From the NCBI GenBank assembly GCA_015059685.1, contig SUZW01000005.1, positions 19,931-83,930 on the forward strand: a DNA stretch of 64,000 nucleotides, in the 5' to 3' direction. Position 1 is the stretch's first letter. Each line of letters begins with the position of its first letter. Shown piece after piece: positions 32,523-42,643 of this stretch. A program made the translations under genes and the position numbers. The DNA is from Rikenellaceae bacterium (GTDB lineage: Bacteria > Bacteroidota > Bacteroidia > Bacteroidales > Rikenellaceae). A model generated the notes under the pieces. It was not told the origin of the DNA and searched no databases. It worked only from the letters and a program-made list of their open reading frames with translations.

Positions 32523-33173
32523 CTATTTGTTTAGCTTGTAACCAAAGCCTTTGCAGGTGATGATTTTATCTTCGCCAATCTTGCTGCGAAGGTGGCGGAT
32601 ATGGACATCGAGTGTGCGGGCTCCGACAACCACGCCTTCGCCCCACACGGCATTATAAATCTCCTCACGGGTAAATATTCGGGCTTGCGAATCGAGAAGG
32701 CGCAAAATGCCATACTCCTTGGCCGTAAGTGTCACATCGCCATCGGCAGTGCGATAGGTGTGCAACTCCTCGACAAGTGGGGTGGTCGAGACCTCCTTCT
32801 GCTCCTCGTCAATACGACGCTTCAGAGCATTTACACGAGAACACAACACTCTCATACTCACGGGCTTGGTGATATAGTCGTCGGCTCCCGCCTCGTAGCA
32901 CTCCACAAGGCTCTCCTCCTCGCATACGGCCGAGAGAAAGAGTATGCGTGTATTGTCGAACTCGGATATAGAACGGAGCCTACGGCAGGCCTCACGCCCA
33001 TCCATAACAGGCATCATCATATCCATAAGTATGAGGTGTGGCCGAAAGGCAACAGCGACCTCTATAGCCTCCTCACCATTCTTGGCACACGCCACCTCGT
33101 ACCCCTCCTTCGCAAGGTTGTACTGCACAAACTCACGAATATCGAGTTCATCATCTACAATAAGTACACGCAT
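32523..33173 (-). CDS. OmpR/PhoB-family response regulator (no adjacent kinase)
   Basis: VDDE, phospho-acceptor LMDMMMP, GADDYITKP, winged helix RTLDVHI..LR.K. Confidence 0.9.
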   Translation of the reverse strand: MRVLIVDDELDIREFVQYNLAKEGYEVACAKNGEEAIEVAVAFRPHLILMDMMMPVMDGREACRRLRSISEFDNTRILFLSAVCEEESLVECYEAGADDYITKPVSMRVLCSRVNALKRRIDEEQKEVSTTPLVEELHTYRTADGDVTLTAKEYGILRLLDSQARIFTREEIYNAVWGEGVVVGARTLDVHIRHLRSKIGEDKIITCKGFGYKLNK

Positions 33174-33322
33174 AACGATGACAAAGGTAGTAAAAAAATG
33201 TAGAATGAAAAAGTAACTTTTAGCTTTTAATTTTCTGCTTTTAAGCTAAAAAACAAAGTTTTTTGTTATATTTGCCCAAAATTATCTATATAGGTAAGAA
33301 TTCTAACTAAAAGTATGCAATT

Positions 33323-35143
33323 ATGGCTACCATGAAAACTAATGTTGCCCCTTTGGAGGAGCAGGTCAGCAAGGCTGAAGATGTGTTACAAGAGAGTGTT
33401 GAACAGGTTGTAGAGCAACCCGAAGTTGTCGAAGAGGTTGCTGCGGAGGAGCGTATTCCGCAACTTGACAAAGAGCAGGTGTTGGCAACCCTGGCCGAGA
33501 GGGTCGGCGAGGAGCCTACGGCAGCACTCAAAGCGGAGGTCGAGGCGTTGAAGGTAGCATTCTATAAACTGCATCGTGCCGATATGGAGGCTCGTCGTAG
33601 GGCCTTTTTCGAGGAGAATGGTGCCGATGCGGAGTATAAGCCGGAGATAGACGAGGCGGAGGTGCGTTTCAAGGAGCTCTACAACATCTATCGCTCAAAG
33701 CGTGATGAGGCCACAGCCATATCCGACAAGGAGAAGGAGGAGAACTATCAGGTAAAACTCGCTATTATCGAAGAGCTGAAGCAGCTGCTTGACTCGGAGG
33801 AGACACTCAATACAACATTCGCAAAGTTCCACGACTTGCAGGCTCGTTGGCGAGCTGTGGGTCAAGTGCCACAGGCGAGAGTGAGCGACCTCTACGAGAC
33901 ATACAATCTCCATGTGGAGCGTTTCTACGACTATGTGAAGATAAACAAGGAGTTGCGTGACCTCGATTGGAAGCGTAATCTCGAGGCCAAGAGCGCACTT
34001 TGCGAGCAGGCCGAGGCGTTGACCTCTGCGACTGCTATTGTCGAGGCGTTCCATAAGTTGCAGAAGCTGCACGAGGAGTGGCGTGAGGTAGGTCCGGTCG
34101 CTCTCGAACACAAAGAGTCGTTGTGGAGCCGTTTCAAGGCTGCATCGTCGATTATAAACCGTCGTCACCAAGAGCATTTCGAGGCTATAAAGGCGGAGCA
34201 GGTACAGAACTTCGAGCGTAAGAGTGCCCTCTGCGAGGAGATTGAGGCTATGGTTGCATCTGCACCAACTGCACTCAAAGCGTGGAATAAGGCGAGCGAG
34301 CGTCTGCAGCAGATACAGCAGGAGTGGCGCACTATCGGTTTTGCTCCAAAGCGAGAGAATACGAAGGTGTATGACCGTTTCCGTGCCGCCTGCGACAAGT
34401 TCTTCGAGGCAAAGCATAAATTCTATGCCGAGGTAAAGAGCGATATGGACAGCAACCTTGAGGTTAAGACCTTGTTGTGTGAGCGTGCCGAGGCTATTGC
34501 CGAGCGTGACGATTGGGCAAAGGCTACAGAGGAGCTGTTGGCACTGCAGGCCGAGTGGAAGCAGTCGGGCGCAGTATCTCGCAAGTATGCCGATGCGATA
34601 TGGAAGCGTTTTCGTGCCGCCTGCGACAAGTTCTTCGAACGCAAGTCGCAGCACTTCTCCGAGAAGGACAGCGAGTATAACACCAACTTGGAGGCCAAGC
34701 GTGCTCTGCTCGAGGAGATGGCGGCAGCACAGGTCGGCTCGTTCGACGAGATTAAGGAGTATCAGCGTCGCTGGAGCGAGATAGGCTTTGTGCCAATCAA
34801 GCACAAGGATGCTTTGCAGAAGGAGTACAAGGCGGTGCTGGATAAGTTGTTCGGTGCAGTGCGTGGCGCAGATCGTGCACAGCAGATGAGCCGCTTCAAG
34901 GAGAAGGTGTCGGCTATGAAGAGTGCGGGTGATAAGCGCCTGCGTTCCGAGCGAGAGCGTCTTTACAACCGTGTTAAGCAGCTCGAGCAGGAGGTGCTGA
35001 CACTCGAGAACAATATCGGTTTCTTCGCAAAGTCGAAGGGAGCCGAGGCTCTGATTGCCGATGTCGAGGAGAAGATTGCAAAGGCAAAGCGTGAGATGGC
35101 GGATGCTGTGGAGCGTGTCAAGTTGATAGATTTACAAGAGTAA
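33323..35143 (+). CDS. DUF349 domain protein
   Basis: Repeated helical units W..IG.VP...LW.RF..A...F...N...K..LCE. Confidence 0.85.
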   Translation: MATMKTNVAPLEEQVSKAEDVLQESVEQVVEQPEVVEEVAAEERIPQLDKEQVLATLAERVGEEPTAALKAEVEALKVAFYKLHRADMEARRRAFFEENGADAEYKPEIDEAEVRFKELYNIYRSKRDEATAISDKEKEENYQVKLAIIEELKQLLDSEETLNTTFAKFHDLQARWRAVGQVPQARVSDLYETYNLHVERFYDYVKINKELRDLDWKRNLEAKSALCEQAEALTSATAIVEAFHKLQKLHEEWREVGPVALEHKESLWSRFKAASSIINRRHQEHFEAIKAEQVQNFERKSALCEEIEAMVASAPTALKAWNKASERLQQIQQEWRTIGFAPKRENTKVYDRFRAACDKFFEAKHKFYAEVKSDMDSNLEVKTLLCERAEAIAERDDWAKATEELLALQAEWKQSGAVSRKYADAIWKRFRAACDKFFERKSQHFSEKDSEYNTNLEAKRALLEEMAAAQVGSFDEIKEYQRRWSEIGFVPIKHKDALQKEYKAVLDKLFGAVRGADRAQQMSRFKEKVSAMKSAGDKRLRSERERLYNRVKQLEQEVLTLENNIGFFAKSKGAEALIADVEEKIAKAKREMADAVERVKLIDLQE

Positions 35144-35160
35144 GATTTTTTATAGTTTTT

Positions 35161-37056
35161 ATGAAGGAGAATAAGTACACCATTATCGGGTTTGTCCTGA
35201 TGACACTCGTGTTCGTAGGTTATATGTTCTACTCGAACTACGAGATGAAGAAGTATAACGAGCAGCAGGCAGTGGCTCAAGCCGAGCAGCTCGTAGAACA
35301 GGCATCGCAACCACTTGCAACACCTGCCGAGGAGAAGGCGGTGGAGGCACCGAAGGAGGTTGCACCTCTTGCGCCATCGTATGCGGCAGAGGATGTCAAG
35401 GAGGTTGTTGTTGAGAACGATGTTATGCAGGTTCGTTTCTCGACCCTCGGTGCGCAGATTATAGATGTCGTACTGAAGGATTACACCAAGTATGCACCAA
35501 AGGAGGAGCGTAACGAGTTGGTTCACCTCTTCGCTCCCGAGTCGGCATACTTCAATATGTCGTACTACCTGAAGGATAACCTCCGTACGGTGGAACTCTC
35601 GACCGTAAACCGCAATTTCGAGTTGTTGCCAATCGAGGAGGTAGGGGATAAGCGTGTTGTGACGATGCGCCTTCCACTCGGTACAGCATCGATAGACCAC
35701 ATCTATACACTCTACAACGAGCAACGCCCCGAGCGTGACTATCTCGTAGATTTCGAGGTGCGCTACAACAACCTCTCGCCACTTATGGCCAACCAGAAGA
35801 GCATCGGCATCGAGTGGCGCAATCGTTCGTATCAGAACGAGCGCAGTTTCAAGAATGAGAACACATACACAACTCTCGTTTATCACTATCCGGGTGATGG
35901 TGATGTCGAGGATTTGGGTATCTCGGAGGATGCGAAGAGCGACGATGTGGCTTCGTCGGTAGATTGGGTATCGTTCAAGCAGCAGTTCTTCTCGTCGGCT
36001 CTGATTGGTCGCTCGACAGTGCTGCGAGCACCACAGCTCTCGTTTGCTACGGCAGAGCCTAAATCTGGCTATATCAAGGACTTTGCAATGTCAACAACGG
36101 TAGATTACACACCTTCGACTTCGGGCTATGACTTCTCGTTCTACTTGGGACCTAACAAGTTTGCGGTGCTGAAGAAGCTGACCGACAACGAAGGCAAGTC
36201 GCTCGAAATGGAGCGTATTATCCCGCTCGGTTGGATATTCTCGACCTATGTGAGCCGCTATTTTGTTATCCCTGTTTTTGACTTTTTGCAGCGATATATC
36301 GCCAACTTCGGTCTTATCATCTTGATTTTGACTATCTTGGTTAAGGTTATAATATTCCCATTGACCTACAAGAGTTACCTCTCGACCGCAAAGATGCGAG
36401 TTATTAAGCCGGAGATTGACGCTCTGAACGCCAAGTATCCTCGCCAGGAGGATGCGATGAAGAAGCAGCAGGAGATGATGGCACTCTACAACAAAGCGGG
36501 TATCAGCCCTATGGGCGGTTGCCTTCCGATGTTGATACAGATGCCTATCTTGATTGCGATGTTCCGCTTCTTCCCTGCCTCGATAGAGTTGCGTGGAAAG
36601 TCGTTCTTGTGGAGTGATGATCTCTCGTCGTATGATAGCATTCTCGATTTACCATTCAACATTCCGTTCTATGGTGACCATGTGTCGTTGTTCTGTCTGT
36701 TGATGGCTGTTGTGATGTTCATATTCTCGTATATGAACTACAAGCAGCAGGGTTCGTCGCAACCACAGATGGCGGGTATGATGTTTATGACCGTCTATAT
36801 GATGCCGGCGATGATGTTGTTGTGGTTCAACGACTACGCAAGTGGTTTGTGCTACTACTACCTCCTCTCGAACCTCATCACTATCGTTCAGACGCTCGTC
36901 ATCCGTTGGACACTCGATGACGATAAAATTCGTGCGAAGATGAGTGCCCACGCCAAGAACACCAAGGGCAAGAAATCTCGTTTTCAGCAGCGTTACGAGG
37001 AGTTGATGAAGCAGCAGGAGGCTATGGCAAAGGCCGAGCAGAAAAAGCGTAAGTAA
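35161..37056 (+). CDS. yidC: Membrane protein insertase
   Basis: N-terminal TM, periplasmic domain, NFGLII..LT..VK, GGCLPMLIQMP, FLW..DLS. Confidence 0.95.
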   Translation: MKENKYTIIGFVLMTLVFVGYMFYSNYEMKKYNEQQAVAQAEQLVEQASQPLATPAEEKAVEAPKEVAPLAPSYAAEDVKEVVVENDVMQVRFSTLGAQIIDVVLKDYTKYAPKEERNELVHLFAPESAYFNMSYYLKDNLRTVELSTVNRNFELLPIEEVGDKRVVTMRLPLGTASIDHIYTLYNEQRPERDYLVDFEVRYNNLSPLMANQKSIGIEWRNRSYQNERSFKNENTYTTLVYHYPGDGDVEDLGISEDAKSDDVASSVDWVSFKQQFFSSALIGRSTVLRAPQLSFATAEPKSGYIKDFAMSTTVDYTPSTSGYDFSFYLGPNKFAVLKKLTDNEGKSLEMERIIPLGWIFSTYVSRYFVIPVFDFLQRYIANFGLIILILTILVKVIIFPLTYKSYLSTAKMRVIKPEIDALNAKYPRQEDAMKKQQEMMALYNKAGISPMGGCLPMLIQMPILIAMFRFFPASIELRGKSFLWSDDLSSYDSILDLPFNIPFYGDHVSLFCLLMAVVMFIFSYMNYKQQGSSQPQMAGMMFMTVYMMPAMMLLWFNDYASGLCYYYLLSNLITIVQTLVIRWTLDDDKIRAKMSAHAKNTKGKKSRFQQRYEELMKQQEAMAKAEQKKRK

Positions 37057-37628
37057 TGGGTTATATACCAACCATATCCAACGATGAAGTAGCCGCATTG
37101 GAGGCGGTGCATTTCGATGGAGCGATAGAGATTGTAGATAGCATCGAGCAGCTCGAGAGAGTCTGCAAGGTGCTCTCTGCAGAGTCTATGATCGGCTTCG
37201 ACACGGAGACACGCCCTTCATTTAAGGCAGGAGTGACAAACAAGATTGCTCTGATGCAGCTCTCGACAAAGCACCATTGTTATCTCGTACGCCTCAATCG
37301 TCTGCCGTTGGCACGGCCTCTTGTAGCCATTTTGCAGAGCGAGCAGGTGAAGAAGGTGGGTGCCGATGTCAAGAATGATATTGCAGGGTTGCAGAAGCTG
37401 CGACACTTCACCCCTCGTGGCTTTATCGACCTTCAGAACGAGGTCGTAAAGTACGGCATCGAGGATAAGAGCCTACGCAAAATATCGGGCATTGTGCTGG
37501 GTAAGAAGGTCTCGAAGGCGCAGCGCCTGAGTAATTGGGAGGCCAAGCAACTCACTCCACAACAGCAGATGTATGCCGCTACGGATGCTTGGGTATGCGT
37601 TGAGATATACAACAAATTGACGAAGTAA
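37056..37628 (+). CDS. DEDDy 3'-5' exonuclease (RNase D/WRN-like)
   Basis: GFDTET, FIDL, LSNWE, YAATDA. Confidence 0.9.
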   Translation: MGYIPTISNDEVAALEAVHFDGAIEIVDSIEQLERVCKVLSAESMIGFDTETRPSFKAGVTNKIALMQLSTKHHCYLVRLNRLPLARPLVAILQSEQVKKVGADVKNDIAGLQKLRHFTPRGFIDLQNEVVKYGIEDKSLRKISGIVLGKKVSKAQRLSNWEAKQLTPQQQMYAATDAWVCVEIYNKLTK

Positions 37629-37645
37629 CCTTCGCAATATCGAGG

Positions 37646-38965
37646 ATGAACAAAGAGATTTTCCGCATAGCGATACCGAATATCATCTCGAATATCACCG
37701 TGCCGTTGATGGGCTTGGTTTCGACAGCCATTGTCGGGCGGTGGAGTGGCGATGCTGCGGTTATCGGGGCATTGGCTCTCGGAGTATCGATATTCAACTT
37801 TATATACTGGAACTGCTCCTTTATCCGTATGGGTACAAGCGGACTGACCGCACAGGCATACGGAGCAGGCAACTTCCATGAAACTACGGCAATGTTGGTT
37901 CGAGCCGTGGTTATCTCGTTGGCCATGGGTGTGGCATGCGTTATTCTTCAGCGGCCTTTAGGCGCATTGTCGCTATGGTTGATGAATGGTGACGGCCTCG
38001 TTGCCGACTACTTCTACGCCCGCATCTGGGCCATGCCCGCAGGTATTCTTCTATTTGGCATCTATGGCTGGTTTGTCGGTATGCAGAATGCTACGATACC
38101 GATGACTATATCCATCATTGTCAATTCGTTACACATCGTAGTAGGGTATTGGTTCGTCTTTTCGTATGATATGGGCATTGTGGGTATCGCCTACGCCTCG
38201 GTCGTATCGCAATGGATAGGCTTGGCGTTGGCTGTATTGCTAATTCTCCTCTTTTTCAGAAAGACCTTCCGACCTGTTAAGTTGGCTGAAGTTCTGAAGT
38301 TCGACGCTATGCGTCGTTTCTTCTCGGTCAATGGCGATATCATCGTGCGCACCTTCTGCAATGTCGGTGTATATACCTTCTTTACCGCAGCTTCGGCCCG
38401 TATGGGTAACGATGCCGTTTTGGCTGTAAATACGGTGTTGATGCAGTGTCTGATGTTGTTCTCGTATATGAGCGACGGCTTTGCTTACGCTGCCGAGGCT
38501 ATGACAGGTAGGTTTGTCGGAGCAAAGGACTTGCCTTCACTCAAGAGGTGCCTGCGCTACTGCGTGATTTGGACCTTCACGACCGCAGCTATAGCCGTTA
38601 CAGCCTATGTCGTGGGGTGGGACGAACTCTTTGTCGCCTTTATGGAGAGTGGCAGCGAGGCCGATATAGCCGAGATATTAAAGGTTGCCGAGCGTTATGT
38701 AGGCTGGATTATCGCTATTCCTATTTTTGCGGCTATGCCGTTTATGCTGGATGGCGTTATGGCGGGTGCTACGCTGACGAGGGTTATGCGCAACTCGATG
38801 TTTTGGGCTACGGTGGCATTCTTTGCCATCTACTACGCCTTATTGCCCGTTATCGGCAACGATGCCTTGTGGCTCGCCTTCACGCTATATATCATTCTGC
38901 GCCTTGTGTTGCAGTACTTTATGTCACACCGCCTCGAGGATATCTATAAAAAGGCGGAACGATAG
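37646..38965 (+). CDS. MATE efflux transporter (DinF-like)
   Basis: IPNIISNITVPL, RMGTSGLTAQA.G, DGFAYAAEA; about 12 TM segments. Confidence 0.9.
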   Translation: MNKEIFRIAIPNIISNITVPLMGLVSTAIVGRWSGDAAVIGALALGVSIFNFIYWNCSFIRMGTSGLTAQAYGAGNFHETTAMLVRAVVISLAMGVACVILQRPLGALSLWLMNGDGLVADYFYARIWAMPAGILLFGIYGWFVGMQNATIPMTISIIVNSLHIVVGYWFVFSYDMGIVGIAYASVVSQWIGLALAVLLILLFFRKTFRPVKLAEVLKFDAMRRFFSVNGDIIVRTFCNVGVYTFFTAASARMGNDAVLAVNTVLMQCLMLFSYMSDGFAYAAEAMTGRFVGAKDLPSLKRCLRYCVIWTFTTAAIAVTAYVVGWDELFVAFMESGSEADIAEILKVAERYVGWIIAIPIFAAMPFMLDGVMAGATLTRVMRNSMFWATVAFFAIYYALLPVIGNDALWLAFTLYIILRLVLQYFMSHRLEDIYKKAER

Positions 38966-39000
38966 TATCCTATGGTAGAAAATGATTATATTATCAGATT

Positions 39001-39804
39001 ATGTCGTATAATTTATTAAAGGGTAAGCGAGGCATTATCTTTGGCGCACTCAACGAGCAGTCGATTGCGTGGAAGGTGGCCGAGCGTGCCGCAGAGGAGG
39101 GTGCGCAGGTCGTACTCACCAACACACCCGTATCTATTCGTTTGGGTGCAGTAAATGCTTTGGCAGAACGCCTTGGTACGATAGTCGTACCTGCCGATGC
39201 TACATCGGTTGAAGACCTTGAAAATCTTATAGATAAATCGCTCGAGCACCTCGGAGGTAAGATAGATTTTGTACTCCACGCTGTAGGTATGTCGCCAAAT
39301 GTGCGCAAGAACATCCCCTACGAGAATATCGACTACGGCAACTACCTGAAGACGATAGATATCTCGGCTCTCTCATTCCACAAGGTGTTGCAGACGCTCT
39401 ATAAAAAGGATGCAATGGCCGATTATGGCTCGATTGTAGCTCTCTCCTATATCGCTGCACAGCGCACCGTAGAGGGCTACTCGGATATGGCAGATGCAAA
39501 GGCTATGCTGGAGAGTATTGCTCGTTCATTCGGCTCGATATATGGTCGTAGGCGTAATGTGAGGGTGAATACCGTGTCGCAGTCACCTACGATGACCACC
39601 GCAGGGCAGGGTATAGCCGGTATGGGTGCAATGTTAGACTATACGGACAAACTATCGCCTCTCGGCAATGCTACAGCCGAGGATTGTGCCGACTATGTGG
39701 TAACGCTCTTCTCGGACCTTACTCGCAAGGTTACGATGCAGAACCTCTACCACGATGGAGGCTACTCGTCGATGGGCATATCAGCCAATATGTTCGAAGA
39801 TTAG
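39001..39804 (+). CDS. fabI: Enoyl-ACP reductase
   Basis: Bacteroidetes FabI pattern MSYNLLKGKRGIIFGALNEQSIAWK, YSDMADAK, VNTVSQSPT. Confidence 0.88.
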   Translation: MSYNLLKGKRGIIFGALNEQSIAWKVAERAAEEGAQVVLTNTPVSIRLGAVNALAERLGTIVVPADATSVEDLENLIDKSLEHLGGKIDFVLHAVGMSPNVRKNIPYENIDYGNYLKTIDISALSFHKVLQTLYKKDAMADYGSIVALSYIAAQRTVEGYSDMADAKAMLESIARSFGSIYGRRRNVRVNTVSQSPTMTTAGQGIAGMGAMLDYTDKLSPLGNATAEDCADYVVTLFSDLTRKVTMQNLYHDGGYSSMGISANMFED

Positions 39805-40301
39805 TTGTAAGATAGCGGAAAATAGCTCTTCAAATTTTTGTAATAGAGCCCAGCTCCTTTATCCTCAAAACCCGCCTTTTCGAAGAGGCGGATACTTGCT
39901 GTATTGTTGGGTAAGATAGAGGCATACAAGCTGCGCAAACCAAGGCTCTTGGCATAATCCACCACAATTTGTAACGCACTGTAACCAAAGCCCTTGCGAC
40001 GATTATGTACATCAAAGATTAAGATGGAAACAAAGGCCTTTCGACCATCGTATTCCGTGAGGTCTATCGCACCCAATCGTTCCCCATTGGGCGAACAAAT
40101 CATCAGTCGCAACTGCTCGGTTTCGGCAATGGAATAGTGCTGCTGCAGCAACACAAATTTTGCAATATCATCACGAGTATATTCCTCCTCGAAGACGCCA
40201 TACATTGGCTCTCTCTTCGAGTTCTCCCACAAAAGCAGAGTGTCGATATCCGAAAAATCGACACTCCGTAGGATAATATTTTTTCCCTTGAGTAGGACCA
40301 T
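39801..40301 (-). CDS. GNAT N-acetyltransferase (RimJ/SpeG-like)
   Basis: RRKGFG acetyl-CoA motif, N.ASIRLFEKAGF. Confidence 0.85.
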   Translation of the reverse strand: MVLLKGKNIILRSVDFSDIDTLLLWENSKREPMYGVFEEEYTRDDIAKFVLLQQHYSIAETEQLRLMICSPNGERLGAIDLTEYDGRKAFVSILIFDVHNRRKGFGYSALQIVVDYAKSLGLRSLYASILPNNTASIRLFEKAGFEDKGAGLYYKNLKSYFPLSYN

Positions 40302-40319
40302 TCTTTTTGAGGTGGGATA

Positions 40320-41543
40320 CTACAAACCGATAATCATATTGCGCATCAGCATAGCCACGCCCCAAGCGTTGGCATTTGCCTGCATCTTCGATACTCGGAA
40401 CTTGGTGTCTTTATAGACCAAACTCAATGAGTATTTGTTGGTTGCGGACTTGAGAGGCAACATTATATAGTCGCCCGCAGCTGCAAGGTTACCACCGACA
40501 ATAACGCTCTCGGGGTTGAATGTGTTAATCAGGAAGGCTACAGCCTTGCCCACCTTCTCGCCCGCCTCCTCGATAAGCTCGATAGAGAGATTATCGTCGT
40601 TGCGAGCTGCATCCACGATATCGTCGATATGTATCTGCTCCTTCGCTTCGTAACGCTTACGGAGTATGGTATTTGCGCCACCACGCACCAATTCGTTCAT
40701 CTTCTCCTCGATGGCGATACCCGAAACCTCGGTCTCGAGACACCCCTTCTTGCCGCAGAAACATATCTTCTCGTTATCGAAGAATGGGATGTGTCCGAAC
40801 TCGCCCGCAAAGCCATTCTTGCCGTAGTAGAGTTTGCCATCGCTCACGATACCAATAGCCACACCCAAACCAAGGTGCAGATAGATGACATTGCTCTCGG
40901 TCTTTGAACGAGAGAAGTTGTACTCGGCATAACAGCGGGCACGAGTATCATTCTCGAGCAAAACACGCATACCTATACGCTGCTCGATGATATCGTGCAA
41001 CGGCTCCTCGGTATTGGTGAAGTAGTGGAACGAACGGCCCTCGGTAGTATTTACACGACCTACGATACATACGCCCACACCGAGTATCTTCGAGCGATCG
41101 AAGCCGCAGGTTGCGATAAACTCCTCGATATTGCTGCAAATCTTCTCGAGACAAGACTCTCGGTCGGTGAGTTCAAAGTCGTTGTATGTGTATTCATACA
41201 CGAGATTGTTTTGCAGGTCGGTGATTACGCAGATCATACGATTACGACCTACATGTACGCCCGCAAAGTATATTGCAGATGATGTAAGTCCGAAGATATT
41301 GGGGCGACGACCTCCCGGGGTCTCCACCTTACCCAAGTCCGAAACGATATTCTCATCTACCAACTCCTGCACAAGTTTGGTCATTGTGGGCACGCTTACC
41401 TTCAACTCTTTGGTCAGCTCTGCAAGCGTTGCTTCACCATTTACGGCCATATAGGCGATGATATTTCGCTTTATAAAGTTATTCTTGTGTGATAGACCTT
41501 TGTTGGTCGTTTCGTTGTTGAAAAAATCTATTAAAGAGCTCAT
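40320..41543 (-). CDS. ROK family transcriptional regulator
   Basis: N-terminal HTH with GGRRP, ENDTRA, GFAGEFGH, CFCGKKGCLE. Confidence 0.92.
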   Translation of the reverse strand: MSSLIDFFNNETTNKGLSHKNNFIKRNIIAYMAVNGEATLAELTKELKVSVPTMTKLVQELVDENIVSDLGKVETPGGRRPNIFGLTSSAIYFAGVHVGRNRMICVITDLQNNLVYEYTYNDFELTDRESCLEKICSNIEEFIATCGFDRSKILGVGVCIVGRVNTTEGRSFHYFTNTEEPLHDIIEQRIGMRVLLENDTRARCYAEYNFSRSKTESNVIYLHLGLGVAIGIVSDGKLYYGKNGFAGEFGHIPFFDNEKICFCGKKGCLETEVSGIAIEEKMNELVRGGANTILRKRYEAKEQIHIDDIVDAARNDDNLSIELIEEAGEKVGKAVAFLINTFNPESVIVGGNLAAAGDYIMLPLKSATNKYSLSLVYKDTKFRVSKMQANANAWGVAMLMRNMIIGL

Positions 41544-41659
41544 CTTTCCCTAAATTTGCTTTAACCTTAACGCAAATATAATAAAAAAAGCGGAAATCAT
41601 CCGCCTTTTGTTAAGTTTTTTCAAAAAATAATTCAAATTTTTCGAAAATTATCCAAAAA

Positions 41660-42547
41660 CTACTCCAAAGAGGCTCTGCTCTCAACCTCTACTTCGGGAG
41701 AAATTTTGCGCACCAAGCCCTGCAAAACCGAGCCCGGGCCAAGCTCCGTGAAGGCCGAGATGCCGTCGGCACACATCTCTCGGACAATCTGTGTCCAGCG
41801 TACGGGGGCGGTGAGTTGTGCTATGAGGTTGCACTTTATCTCCTCGGGCGAGGTGTGTGGCTTCGCATCGACATTCTGATAAATCGGACATAGGGGAGTG
41901 TGAAACTCTGCGGCTTCGATAGCCTCCTCGAGCTCTTTGCGGGCAGGCTCCATAAGTGGCGAGTGGAACGCTCCACCCACAGGGAGTGGTAAGGCTCGTC
42001 GTGCCCCCGCCTCCTTAAGCTTTGCGCACGCCTCGGCAACAGCATCGCTGCTACCCGATATGACGAGCTGCCCCGGACAGTTGTAGTTTGCGGCAACAAC
42101 GACACCCTCGACCTCATCGCAGACCCTCTCGATAACCTCGTCGGAGGCACCAAGCACTGCCGCCATAGCCCCCTGCGAAAGCTCGCAAGCCCTCTGCATA
42201 GCCATAGCTCGCTTTGACACAAGGCGCAAACCCTCCTCGAAAGAGAGAGCCCCTGCCACAACCAAAGCCGAGAACTCGCCGAGGGAGTGTCCTGCGACCG
42301 CAATAGGCTCTACACCAAGCACTTTAGCCAATATCACCGAGTGAAGAAAGACTGCCGGTTGAGTAACCTTCGTCTGCTTTAGCTCCTCGGCCGTACCCTC
42401 GAACATTATGTCCGTGATGCGGAAGCCGAGTATCTCGTTTGCTCGCTCAAACATCGAGCGTGCCTCTTCGCTCTTTTCGTACAAATCTCTTCCCATACCG
42501 CTAAACTGCGCACCCTGTCCCGGGAAGATGTAAGCTCTTGTATTCAT
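41660..42547 (-). CDS. fabD: Malonyl-CoA:ACP transacylase
   Basis: FPGQGAQ, GHSLGE, GAFHS. Confidence 0.96.
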   Translation of the reverse strand: MNTRAYIFPGQGAQFSGMGRDLYEKSEEARSMFERANEILGFRITDIMFEGTAEELKQTKVTQPAVFLHSVILAKVLGVEPIAVAGHSLGEFSALVVAGALSFEEGLRLVSKRAMAMQRACELSQGAMAAVLGASDEVIERVCDEVEGVVVAANYNCPGQLVISGSSDAVAEACAKLKEAGARRALPLPVGGAFHSPLMEPARKELEEAIEAAEFHTPLCPIYQNVDAKPHTSPEEIKCNLIAQLTAPVRWTQIVREMCADGISAFTELGPGSVLQGLVRKISPEVEVESRASLE

Positions 42548-42643
42548 AATTTTATTGTAAATAAAATCTTAAATTTTTTGCAAAGATAGTCTAAAATTGT
42601 AACTTTGCAGATAGAAAGCTAACTTTATTTGCATTGTAGAACA